DNA of 64,000 bases, from contig OZ024740.1 in NCBI GenBank assembly GCA_964016885.1, positions 253,642,001 to 253,706,000 on the forward strand. Direction: 5' to 3'. The notes below the pieces were generated by a model. It saw only the letters and a program-made list of their open reading frames with translations. It had not been told where the DNA came from and did no database searches. A program made the translations under genes and the position numbers. This document shows, piece by piece, positions 1 through 11,917 of this stretch; within the stretch, counting starts at the first letter, position 1; each line of letters begins with the position of its first letter. The DNA comes from Eledone cirrhosa. Its lineage: Eukaryota.

Positions 1-1980
1 TAGTTTTGCCTGACACAAACCCGAACTGCATTTCATCTAGGTCAATTCTCTCTCCGATTAGTTGCTCTATTACTTTTTCCGTGACCTTCATGACCTGGTC
101 GATTAATTTAATGCCTCTATAGTTACTCCTATCTAGGGCGTCTCCTTTACCCTTATAACAGTTAACGATGATGCTGCTATGCCAGTCCTTCGGAACAACC
201 CCATTCTGTACGACTTGGTTAACTATGCGGGTGACCATGGTGTGTCCCACCTTGCCAGATGCCTTCAGCATCTCAGCAACTACTTCCGAAGGCCCAGCCG
301 CCTTACCCATCTTCATATCCTTGATTGCCTTACTTATTATACTCCCCTCGACTAACACTGCTGGTCCCTCTATCGGGTCGATATGGGGGAGACTGTCTTT
401 CTCCCATTTATTCTCCTCATTTAGTAGCCTTTCATAGTGACACTTCCAAGCTACCTTCTTATCAGTGTCGGTGATGGCAAGTATGCCATCATCGTTAAGT
501 ACACACTTCTCCCCGACAATATCACGGTTTTCCTTGACGCATTGCTTAGCAATCCTGAACACACCACGTTTTTGGTCATCGCGTTGTAGAACATGCTTCA
601 ACTTTCTTTCCTCAGCTTCCCTTCTTGCTAAGTACACTTCTCTCCTAGCTTCCCTCCTGGCCACTTGATAGTCTACTCTACTTCCCCCATCCCGCCATAC
701 TTTCCAAGCCTGCTTTTTGGCCTTAATTGACCCCTCCACCCTACTGTTCCACCACCATGTTACTCTCCTCCTGCCTACAGGCCTGCTCCAGCCACAGACT
801 TCGTCTGTCGCCAACAGCAGGTTTGCTTTCAGAAATTCCCACTGTCCCTCTATATTGTCCGATTCTAGATGCTCTTCCTTACTGTCGAAAGCATCAAGTA
901 ATATGCTTTGAAATTTATTTCTGGCTGTGGGGTCCTTTAGTTTCCATATTTTCCTCCTGAGGATAGTCCTCTTCTGCTGTCGAGTACGTCTCGTCCTGAC
1001 TATGAGGTCGCTAATTATCAGTCTATGTTGGGAGGTGCATTCTTCATGGGGGAGGGATTTAGTGTTTACAACAGACACTCTGTCACGTCTTCTGGTAAGG
1101 ATATAATCTACCTGGCTTGTGTGTTCCCCGGATCTATAGGTGATCAGGTGATTGTCACGTTTTTTGAAGTTAGTGTTACAGATAGTTAGGTTATTTGCAT
1201 CACAGAATTCCAGGATTCTGGAGCCTTCCTCATTTCTAGTACCAAACCCATAGCCTCCATGGATTTCGTCGTAGCCGTCACAATGTTGTCCAACGTGACC
1301 ATTTAGGTCGCCTGCAATAATTATATAGTCACTGTCAGATATTTGGGAGGTAGTTAGCAACAGTGTCTCATAGAATCTGTCTTTTATAGTGCCGGGCAGT
1401 CCGGATTGGGGTGCGTATGCAGATATTACTGTCACCGTAGTTCTATTGAGGACAAGTCGTATTTTAATTATTCTGTCGTTCACTCTATTTACGTCTATTA
1501 TCTTATCTGCCCACTTTTCTGCTACCATGATTCCTACTCCACCCAGCCCATCGTCGTTTCCCACCCAGAAAAGCTTATAACATCGTTTTTTTACCCTCAA
1601 TGAATCTAGCAGACCCACCCCTCCACCTGGACTCTTGAATACAACAAACATCGACCTCCTTACGTTCAAGCATTTCTACAACCTCGTTAGCACGACCCTT
1701 TAGGGTGCCTACATTTATGGTACCAACTCTGAAGTTTTGGGTTGCGTTTGGAGGGTGGGGGTGGTGGGGGGCGGGGGGAGATAGGGTTATGTTAGCCATC
1801 CGCGGACGAAACAAAGAGGAGTGCTCGCATTCTCGTCCACGAGGTGAATTTGACTTTAACTTTGGCATTTTCGCTCTGAGCGTCCAGATTTTTCTCTCCC
1901 TTCCACTCTCCAGGATTCCGCAGTTCGTCCATCCATCCATCCATCCATCCATCATATATCGAAGGCAACCGGGCAAGCGA
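1..1980 (-). mobile_element. RTE-clade LINE (family A), 5' part: APE endonuclease and start of RT; runs off the left edge; frameshifted
   Basis: ORF 1575-1976 has the APE start motif FRVGTINVGTLKG...DVCCIQESRW; nucleotide-collinear with copy 5363-7321; one extra T near 1586-1592 breaks the frame. Confidence 0.93.
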
Positions 1981-3058
1981 TAGTATAGGCCTCTGGCTTA
2001 TGATTGGTCCGCGTAATAATAATAATGGTGATGCGTGGGGGTGGGGGGCTCTGGCTTATAATAATAATGGTGATGCGTGAGGGGGGGGGGCTCTGGCTTA
2101 TGATTGGTCCACGTATTAAGTATGGTGGTGTGTGGGGGCGGGTGGGAGGGGTGTGGGGTAGCTAGCTGGAAGGTTATGAATGTTTAACAAGCGATTTAAC
2201 AAAAAGCAAAACTGCAAGATTTGTTCTGTTCAATACGACAAAAACACCGTATTTAAACCTTAAATAGATAACAAAAAAATACAGATTTCGGATTTTGCGA
2301 GATTGGATGTTTGGACTATGTACGAAATTGAGCGTGGAATAGATAGAGAAAAATTTGTACTTTACGATTTACATGAGTACACCGTAGTAGGAATAATTGA
2401 AGCAGCGATGGATTGGCGAAAGTGAATAAACATGAAGGAGAACTTATCTTATATATATATATATATGTGTGTGTGTGTAGCTAAGAGAGAGAGAGAGGGG
2501 AAGGGGAAGAGAGAGAGAGGGGAAAGGGAAGAAAGAGAGAGGGGAAGGGGGAGAGAGATTGTGGCTGACCGCAGCCCCTCGTGGAGTAGCTGGAGGGTGA
2601 AGGGCGTAGAGCGGTTTTTTTGACTTTCAAGTAGCATAATATATATATTTAAAGTAATTTATAAGAAGTAGAATGGGAAGGATTTTGTTTTTTGTTTGAG
2701 AATACGATAGAATTAAGGAATTGGACGATACGATAGAATTAAGAATGGGAAGGATTTTGTTTTTTGTTTGGGGATACGATAGAATTAAGGAATTGGAGAA
2801 TACGATAGAATTAAGGAATTGAGGAGCTGGAAGGTTATGAATGTTTAACAAGCGATTTAACAAAAAGCAAAACTGCAAGATTTGTTCTGTTCAATACGAC
2901 AAAAACACCGTATTTAAACCTTAAATAGATAACAAAAAATACAGATTTCGGATTTTGCGAGATTGGATGTTTGGACTATGTACGAAATTGAGCGTGGAAT
3001 AGATAGAGAAAAATTTGTACTTTACGATTTACATGAGTACACCGTAGTAGGAATAATT
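1981..3058 (-). repeat. RTE 5' flanking/promoter region with a partial tandem repeat (~661 bp period)
   Basis: 2168-2398 is repeated at 2829-3058; GATTGGTCC (CCAAT on minus strand) at ~2002 and ~2102; TACGATAGAATTAAG x4 in 2700-2820; homologous sequence flanks the second RTE copy. Confidence 0.75.
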
Positions 3059-3177
3059 ATATATATATATACATATATAGATATATATACATATACATAT
3101 ATATAAATATATATATATATACATATATATACTTATATATATATATGTATATATGCATATATATATATATGTATATG

Positions 3178-3259
<82 letters not shown>

Positions 3260-3374
3260 CATATACATATGAATATATACATATATATATATGTATGTAT
3301 ATATATATACATATGTATATATACATATATATATATGTATGTATATATATATATACATATGTATATATACATAT

Positions 3375-3424
<50 letters not shown>

Positions 3425-3438
3425 GTATATATACATAT

Positions 3439-3471
<33 letters not shown>

Positions 3472-3504
3472 CATATGTATATATACATATATATATGTAT
3501 ATGT
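3059..3504. repeat. Degenerate (TA)n microsatellite
   Basis: TA repeat with TG/CA interruptions. Confidence 0.97.
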
Positions 3505-6500
3505 ATCATCATCATCATCAACGTTTAACGTCCGTGTTCCACGCTTGCATGGGTTTGGACGGGGGTTTTCCCACACGAGGCAAGAGTGATTGTCTTGCTC
3601 GCATAGGACTGTCTGGCAGGTTTTCTACAGTTGGATGGCCTTCCTAACACCAACCACATTTACAGTGTGGGACTGGGAGGTTTTTACCGTGTTGCCTACA
3701 CGGCCACATTACAGCGTGGACTGTGTTTTTTTGTCGTGACACCTACACGATCTCATTTTGTTTCGGCCTGGATGTTGTGGCACCAACATAACTTTACATA
3801 GGAGGGGGTGGTGTGGATGGGGGTGTGGGTGGTGGGACGGGGGTGTATTTTGTTAGAGATGCCTACTGGCTGTAGTAGGTTTTACTATGTATTTAGGTAA
3901 GGCGGGTCTTCTCTATTACTGAGTACCGCCAAAGATCTCGGTCCAGTGACATTGTCTTGGAGAGGTGTAAGTGTGTGAGGTCGGAGTTTATCAGCTCGTC
4001 CCAGGATTTTCTAGGTCTGCCTATTCCGTGGCTACCGTCTATCTTTATTGCCCTGCACTTTGTTATACAGCTATCGACTTTCATGCGCATCACGTGTCCG
4101 TACCAACGTAGCCTTCTCTCGAGTAAACAACATCTGATCCCTCTTATTTCTAATTTTTTCCTTAGTTCGTTTATGCTTTGCCGTTCACGTATATTACTAT
4201 TACACATCCAGCGGAGCATGCAAGCTTCGTTCCTCTCTAGTCTGCGTATATCCTCTGCACACAATGCCCAGGTCTCACTACCATGCAACATTGCTGTTCG
4301 TATGCAGGTATCATACAACCTGCCTTTCATTTTTAGGGAGAACCCTTTAGCGGCTAATAGTGGTATAAGCTCTCTGAACTTTTTCCATCCAGTTCTGACT
4401 CTAGCTACTGTACTTTCGGAGCACCCACCCCCACTGCTGATTTTGTCACCCAGGTAACGGAAGCTGTCCACTATTTCTATAGAGCCCTCTGTGCAATTGA
4501 AAGAGTTAGTATTTTGTGGGCACTCGCTGCTACTTATTGCTCTCTGAACTTTTTCCATCCAGTTCTGACTCTAGCTACTGTACTTTCGGAGCACCCTCCC
4601 CCACTGCTGATTTTGTCACCCAGGTAACGGAAGCTGTCCACTATTTCTATAGAGCCCTCTGCGCAATTGAAAGAGTTAGTATTTTGTGGGCACTCGCTGC
4701 TACTTATTGCACCAGAGCACCGCCCACATGCAAAATCTAAGTTCTTAGTTAGCTTACCTGTGATCCCACTACATCTTTTATGCACCCATACTTTGCATTT
4801 GGGACATAAAATGGAGTTTCTACCTACGCCTTTCCTACACACTGAGCATGGCCATTTCCCGGAAGGGACCGCCGCCTTATTTTCTTTCCTACAAACTAGA
4901 ACTTTAGTCTTAGCCAGGTTAATTTTAAGGCCTTTTGATTCTAGGCCGTGCTTCCATGTTTGGAATTTCTTCTCTAGCTCGGCCATTGATTCAGCTATGA
5001 GTGTCAGGTCGTCTGCGTATAGGAGTTCCCATGGGCAGCCGGTCTTGAACTCCTCTGTTATAGCCTGAAGGGCAATAATAAATAGTAGGGGGCTGAGAAC
5101 AGAGCCCAGATGGACGCCAACTTTTACGCTAAACTCTTCACTATATTCGTTGTTAATTCTAACCTTGCTCACTGTTTCTTTATACATGGCTTGTATAGCT
5201 CTCACAAGCCATTCGTCGACACCTAGTTTTCTAAGGGCCCACCAGATAATGGAACGGGGGACTCTGTCGAAGGCTTTCTCCAAGTCGACAAAAGCTAAGT
5301 AGAGGGGTTTACCTTTAGCTAGGTACTCCTCCTGTAGTTGACGTACAATGAAAAGAGCGTCTGTGGTAGTTTTGCCTGACACAAACCCGAACTGCATTTC
5401 ATCTAGGTCTCTCTGATTAGTTGCGCTATTACTTTTTCCGTGACCTTCATGACCTGGTCGATTAGTTTAATGCCTCTATAGTTACTCCTATCTAGGGCAT
5501 CTCCTTTACCCTTATAACAGTTAACGATGATGCTGCTATGCCAGTCCTTCGGAACAACCCCATTCTGTACGACTTGGTTAACTATCCGGGTGACCAAGGT
5601 GTGTCCCACCGAGCCAGATACCTTCAGCATCTCAGCAACTATTTCCGAAGGCCCAGCCGCCTTACCCGTCTTCATATCCTTGATTGCCTTACTTATTATA
5701 CTACCCTCGACTAACACTGCTGGTCCCTCTATTGGATCGATCTGGGGGAGACTGTCTTTCTCCCATTTATTCTCCTCATTTAGTAGCCTTTCATAGTGGC
5801 ACTTCCAAGCTACCTTCTTATCAGCGTCGGTGATGGCAAGTACGCCGTCATCATTAAGTACACACTTCTCCCCGACAATATCACGGTTTTCCTCGACACA
5901 TTGCCTAGCAATCCTGAACACCTCACGTTTTTGGTCCTCGCGTTGTAGAACATGCTTGAACTTTCTTTCCTCTGCTTCCCTTTTTGCGAAGTACACTTGT
6001 CTCCTAGCCTCCCCCCTGGCCACTTGATAGTCTTCTCTACTTCCCCCATCCCGCCATACTTTCCAAGCCTGCTTTTTGGCCTTAATTGACCCCTCCACCC
6101 TACTGTTCCACCACCATGTTACTCTCCTCCTGCCTACAGGCCTGCTCCAGCCACAGACTTCGTCTGTCGCCATCAGCAGGTTTGCTTTCAGAAATTCCCA
6201 CTGTCCCTCTATATTGTCCGACTCTAAATGCTCTTCCTTACTGTCGAAAGCATCAAGTAATATGCTTTGAAATTTATTCCTGGCTGTGGGGTCCTTTAGC
6301 TTCCATATTTTTCTCCTGAGGATAGTCCTCTTCTGCTGTCGAGTACGTCTTGTCCTGACTATGAGGTCGCTAATTATCAGTCTATGTTGGGAGGTGCATT
6401 CTTCATGGGAGAGGGATTTAGTGTTTACAACAGACACTCTGTCACGTCTTCTGGTAAGGATATAATCTACCTGGCTTGTGTGTTCCCCGGATCTATAGGT

Positions 6501-7321
6501 GATCAGGTGATTGTCACGTTTTTTGAAGTTAGTGTTACAGATAGTTAGGTTATTTGCATCACAGAATTCCAGGATTCTGGAGCCTTCCTCATTTCTAGTA
6601 CCAAACCCATATCCTCCATGGATTTCGTCGTAGCCGTCACAATATTGTCCAACGTGACCATTTAGGTCGCCTGCGATAATTATATAGTCACTGTCGGTTA
6701 TTTGGGAGGTAGTGAGCATCAGTATCTCATAGAATCTGTCTTTTATAGTGCCGGGCAGTCCGGATTGGGGTGCGTACGCAGATATTAGTGTCACCGTAGT
6801 TCTATTGAGGACAAGTCTTATTTTAATTATTCTGTCGTTCACTCTATTTACGTCTATTATCTTATCTGCCCACTTTTCTGTTACCATGATTCCTACTCCA
6901 CCCAGCCCGTCGTCGTTTCCCGCCCAGAAAAGCTTATAACATCGTTTTTTACCCTCAATGAATCTAGCAGACCCACCCCTCCATCTGGTCTCTTGAATAC
7001 AGCAAACATCGACCTCCTTACGTACAAGCATTTCTACAACCTCGTTAGCGCGACCCTTTAAGGTGCCTACATTTATGGTACCAACTCTGAAGTTTTGGAT
7101 TGCGTTTGGGGGTTGGGGGCGGTGGGGGGCGGGGGGCGATGGGGTTATGTTAGCCGTCTGCGGTCGAAACAATGAGGAGTGCTCGCATTCTCATCCACGA
7201 GGTGAATTTGTCTTTATGTTTGGCATTGTCGCTGAGCGTCCAGATTTTTCTCTCTCTCCTCCACTCTCCAGGATTCCGCAGTCCATCCATCCATCATATA
7301 TCGAAAGGCAACCAGGCAAGC
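3505..7321 (-). mobile_element. Near full-length RTE LINE (family A), decayed; (GAT)n tail at 3505-3520
   Basis: APE (IAGDLNGHVG, SQVDYIL, SQHRL), RT (YRGIKLI, FVDLEKAFDRV, GSVLSPLLF, LLYADD) and C-terminal RRLRWYGHV...GRPRKSW...DRDLWR; single-ORF layout and short-repeat tail typical of RTE. Confidence 0.95.
3893..7172 (-). pseudogene. Disrupted RTE ORF (APE-RT with PHD-like finger)
   Basis: Split into ORFs 5403-7172, 4534-5397 and 3893-4558 by a small deletion near 5410 and a 170-bp tandem duplication (4371-4540/4541-4710). Confidence 0.9.
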
Positions 7322-7739
7322 GATAGTATAGGCCTCTGGCTTATGATTGGTCCGCGTAATAATAATACTGGTGATGCGTGGGGGCTCTGGCTTATGATTG
7401 GTCCACGTAATAACAATGGTGGTGCGTGGGGGCGGGAGCGAGGGGTGTTGGGTAGCTAGCTAGAAGGTAATGATTGAATGAGGTCCTTGTATTTAACAAG
7501 CGATTAACAAAAATACAAGATTTGTTCTGTTCAATACGACAAAAACTCTCGTATCTAACAATTAATGATAACAAAAAATGCAGATTGTTTTAGCAATAGA
7601 TTGGCTATTTGGACTTGATATGAAATAGGAGTGTGGAGGTTGAGATGAAAGAAAAATATGTACATTACGTTACATGAATATCGTGGAGGGAACAGCAATG
7701 CAATGAAATTTGGCGAAGTGATTTCTATCTTATATATAT
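7322..7739 (-). repeat. RTE 5' repeat unit, proximal part (homologous to 1981-2460)
   Basis: Shares CTCTGGCTTATGATTGGTCC x2 and CAAGATTTGTTCTGTTCAATACGACAAAAAC. Confidence 0.8.
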
Positions 7740-9365
7740 ATTCAATTTGATATTGCCAGCTACTATTCCTCCATTTCGCCTTCACTTCTCAATAATGCTC
7801 TATCTTTCGCACTTAAATATTCTGACATCACCACAGATGAACTTCACATCATCCTCACCGCACGTAAAACCATCCTAGAGTTCAACAACGAATATTGGAC
7901 CAGAGCCGATACCTCTAACAACTTCGACATCACAATGGGAGCATCCGATTCATCCCAATTGACTGATTTAATTGGTATCTTCATTTTGAACTCTTTGAGT
8001 CGGAAAATTCCTCAACTTCGCGGTGGAATTTATCGTGACGATGGACTCTTTACTATCCTAAATTGCAATATAGTTAACCTTAATATTATTAAGAACAATA
8101 TACGTAATCTCTTTAACCAACATAACCTAAAAATTGAATTTGATAATAGTATCAAACTAGCTAATTTCTTGGATGTATCTCTTAATCTTGACACTGGCCT
8201 ATATTACCCTTACCATAAAAACAATGAGAACCTAAATTATGTTAACTTTAAATCTAACCATCCTACCAATATCAAGAATGCTATAGTTAGTAATATTGGA
8301 AAAAGAATATCTAACATATCTTCTAATAAAAACATCTTTGATGCTAACGCCAATTACTATAATAACGCACTTTCTAAAGCCGGCTATCCAGATAAAATCA
8401 AATATAGTAAAGAAACAAATTCTAGAAAAACTTACAGTAGAATAATTAATCATGACCATTCCAATAATTTTAATAAAAGACCTAGATACAAAAACATAAT
8501 CTGGTATAATGCTCCTTTCTCCATCTCTATTAATAACAATATTCCTAAATTATTTTTTAGTGCCTTAAATAAATGCTTCCCTCCCTCACATATCTATAGT
8601 AAAATATTTAACAAACACACCATCAAATTTTCGTATTCTACATCCTCCAATATTTCCAACATCATCTCTAAACACAACAATAAAATACTAAATACTAAAT
8701 CTCTTCCTTCCAATATTGAATTTCATAATAACAGTAATAGTACTCCCGACGTCATTGTAAACCCTAGGCTAACTTCTGTAAACCCAAATACAACGTCAAA
8801 CACAACTTCGCTAAATGTTCATAATCCAACTCTAAATCAAGAAACTATTATTCCTATTATTCCTATCGCAAACAACTTCTCCAATCCAATTCCTTCTATA
8901 GATAACACTAGATCACTCATTAATAATCTCTCTAATTGCAACTGCCGCATTAAAAATAAATGTCCTCTCAACAACCATTGTCTCGATAAAAACTTAATTT
9001 ATGAATGTAAAATTATAACTAGCACCAATTCCTTCACCTATTTTGGCTCCACTTCCACCTCTTTTAAAGCTCGTCTCTATAATCATCATTCATCTTTCAA
9101 ATACAAACTTAAAAGAACTAACACTGCTCTCTCAGAACTCATATGGTCCTTAAAAGACAAAAACATTAAATATACCATCTTTTGGAAGAAGATTTCTTCT
9201 GCATCCTCATACTTGAACAGCTCTCTATCTAAAATCTGTAATCTCTGCCTAAATGAAAAATTTACCATTATCTCTAACCTAGATTCTATAATAAATAGAC
9301 GCACAGATTTGTTTTCTATCTGCCTGCATAAATTCCATAGAACTTTTCACAAAGTATACAGTTAA
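7740..9365 (+). CDS. PLE RT (C-terminal half) plus GIY-YIG endonuclease, 5'-truncated, uninterrupted
   Basis: 476-aa track ORF 7935-9365 plus 65 in-frame upstream codons. Confidence 0.85.
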   Translation: MQFDIASYYSSISPSLLNNALSFALKYSDITTDELHIILTARKTILEFNNEYWTRADTSNNFDITMGASDSSQLTDLIGIFILNSLSRKIPQLRGGIYRDDGLFTILNCNIVNLNIIKNNIRNLFNQHNLKIEFDNSIKLANFLDVSLNLDTGLYYPYHKNNENLNYVNFKSNHPTNIKNAIVSNIGKRISNISSNKNIFDANANYYNNALSKAGYPDKIKYSKETNSRKTYSRIINHDHSNNFNKRPRYKNIIWYNAPFSISINNNIPKLFFSALNKCFPPSHIYSKIFNKHTIKFSYSTSSNISNIISKHNNKILNTKSLPSNIEFHNNSNSTPDVIVNPRLTSVNPNTTSNTTSLNVHNPTLNQETIIPIIPIANNFSNPIPSIDNTRSLINNLSNCNCRIKNKCPLNNHCLDKNLIYECKIITSTNSFTYFGSTSTSFKARLYNHHSSFKYKLKRTNTALSELIWSLKDKNIKYTIFWKKISSASSYLNSSLSKICNLCLNEKFTIISNLDSIINRRTDLFSICLHKFHRTFHKVYS

Positions 9366-10362
9366 TATTCAATTCTTTATCAATTTAGAATCTTTTCTCA
9401 AAGGCACATATACATACACCTCTTTAAAATATACCCATCTACCTTACTTTAAAGGGCATTATACACTCTATAATACTCGTTTACTCATTACCCTCATTCT
9501 ATCTTCTCCTTGTAAAATCATAACATTTGTTTTGACATTAGAATATTCATCCGCAATCATTATTATTTTTTCTCTCTATCATAAATCTTTTTAATCTCAA
9601 TTTCATCCTTAATTTATTATTATTTTTTTCTCCCCATCAACGAACTCATTATTAATACATATTAACTCTTTATTTGCATATATTATCAATTCAATCAATA
9701 TACAAACTTTAACTTCACATTATTTTTCTCAAATCCTTCTACACACAAACCTTAATAATTTTTCTCTTCGTTAATTTTGAAATTGCCACAATACATACAT
9801 TTCTTTTTTTGACGTTAGAATATTCACCCACAATTATTATTTTTTTCTCTCTATCTTCATACATAATTTCCCTTCGTTAATTTTCAAATTCCTTTAATTT
9901 ATACATTATCTTCCAACGGTTCCCAACCTCTCTATATTAAAACATTATATCTTTTTCTCAGTTATAAAAACTATCTCTTTCTCTATATCACCCATCTCTC
10001 CCTCTCCACCTTCACTCTCATCTCCTCCCCCTTTTTTTCATCCTTTCCACCCCCCCTCCCTAAATAAAATATTTTTTCCTCTCACATATCCTCCCTTCGT
10101 TAATTTTCAAAATTTTTAATTTATACAGTATCTTCCAACGGTTTTCAACCTCTCTATGTAAAAAATATATCTCCTCTCAGTTATAAAAACTATCTCTTTC
10201 TCTCTATCACCCATCTCTCCTTCCCTTTTCATCCTTCCCCCCCCCCCTCTCTAAATAAAATATTTTTCCCAATATCACACATCAATCTAAAACCACTTTT
10301 CATATGTTGATTTAAAACTGCACTATCCACAAGTGTTTTTTAGCCTTCATATCATGTTCTCC

Positions 10363-10433
10363 TGTTTTATCTGATGAAAACACAAATATTATTGCATGAT
10401 GATGTTTGTTTTTGAAATGCGCATAATAAAATA
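10363..10433 (+). ncRNA. Type I hammerhead ribozyme (PLE pLTR)
   Basis: tgttttat-CTGATGA-aaacacaaa...tttgttttt-GAAA-t gcgc a-TA-ataaaata; palindromic stem III loop. Confidence 0.8.
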
Positions 10434-10463
10434 TATGGAACTCCTTTAACCATCTTTTGATCT

Positions 10464-10470
<7 letters not shown>

Positions 10471-10494
<24 letters not shown>

Positions 10495-10864
10495 AAGAGA
10501 GAGAGAGAGAGCTAAGAGAGAGAGAGGGGGGGAGGTTTGGCCGCATGATGTAGGTATTGGGGCGGTTGACCGCCATGCCCTCGTGAAGTAGAGGGAGGGG
10601 GGTCGAGGGCTAGTAGAAGCGGGAGTTTAGAGTTTCGAAAGAAGGAAAAGGATTTTGTTTTGTTTTGAAAATACGCTAGAATTAAGGAATTAAGGAATTT
10701 ATAAGAAGGAGAGGAGATAGGAAAGGATTGAAGGTAATGATTGAATGAGGTCCTTGTATTTAACAAGCGATTAACAAAAATACAAGATTTGTTCTGTTCA
10801 ATACGACAAAAACTCTTGTATCTAACAATTAATGATAACAAAAAATGCAGATTGTTTTAGCAAT
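10471..10864 (-). repeat. RTE 5' repeat unit, distal part (separated from 7322-7739 by the PLE insertion)
   Basis: 10728-10864 repeats 7463-7597; 10495-10727 is homologous to 2480-2828. Confidence 0.75.
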
Positions 10865-10882
10865 ATATATATATACATATGC

Positions 10883-10913
<31 letters not shown>

Positions 10914-10955
10914 CATATGTATATATACATATATATATATATGTATATATATACA

Positions 10956-11057
<102 letters not shown>

Positions 11058-11058
11058 C

Positions 11059-11201
<143 letters not shown>

Positions 11202-11234
11202 TATATATGTATATATACATATATATATATATGT

Positions 11235-11917
11235 ATGTATACGTACATACATATATGTATACAGACGTACAGTAGCATGCATATATATATATATAAAATA
11301 TATATATATACATACAGGTACACATACATATATGTACGTATCAGTTTAGCGGACGTTTATTATAACGCCCGCTTTGTCCGTTTGTAAACAAACGAACAGC
11401 CTGCGTTATAATAAATGTCCGCTAAACTGATACGTACATATATGTATGTGTACCTGTATGTATATATATATATATATGCATGCTACTGTACGTCTGTATA
11501 CATATATGTATGCACGTATACATACATACTTACATTTAAGTAAGTGCCGTACTAAGAGTGAGAAATGAAATTTCGTTTTCATTCTATTACAACTTATCGT
11601 TTTCGGTGCGCCTGGCCAACTGAACTCACTCGATATGCAAATTAGGCTGCTCAGCCGTTAATTTTCATAAGGAAAGTATATACTTTCGAACGTTCAACCA
11701 TCTGGCAGAAGGGTATATGGTGCTGATGATAGCTAAGAAGCTTGAAACTAGTACATCGTTCCTGTGTCAGTGTTGAACAAAAAGGTGACGTCGTTGCCTT
11801 AAGACCGTACGGCATAAATTCAGGCTGTTCGTTTGTTTACAAACGGACAAAGCGGGCGTTATAATAAACGTCCGCTAAACTGATACTTACATATATGTAT
11901 GTGTACCTGTATGTATA
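11235..11917 (+). mobile_element. Non-coding 453-nt HHR-containing unit with partial tandem duplication and inverted 5' arm (retrozyme/pLTR-like)
   Basis: 11404-11463 is repeated at 11857-11917; 11235-11403 is the reverse complement of the unit junction; no meaningful ORF. Confidence 0.7.
11719..11757 (+). ncRNA. Minimal type I hammerhead ribozyme
   Basis: ggtg-CTGATGA-t-agct aaga agct-t-GAAA-ctag-TA-catc. Confidence 0.8.

Larger units (their letters stand above)
7740..10470 (+). mobile_element. 5'-truncated Penelope-like element: RT, GIY-YIG, 3' UTR/pLTR with HHR
   Basis: Open frame from 7740 (IQFDIASYYSSI...MGAS...IYRDDGL...FLDVSL...SNHP) to 9365 with CNCR..CPL...C linker, LIYECK/YFGST (GIY-YIG) and CNLC..EK...C.H C-terminus; bounded by (TA)n. 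Confidence 0.93.

Noticed and set aside
2390-2432. Hammerhead in the RTE 5' unit (TTGAAGC...GCGAAAG)
   Set aside because: Core and stems are poor and not conserved in the homologous copy at ~7690-7725
168-7326. Plus-strand ORFs repeated across RTE copies (e.g. MMLLCQSFG, MALIDPST)
   Set aside because: Antisense shadows of the RTE ORF; they recur only because the copies are similar
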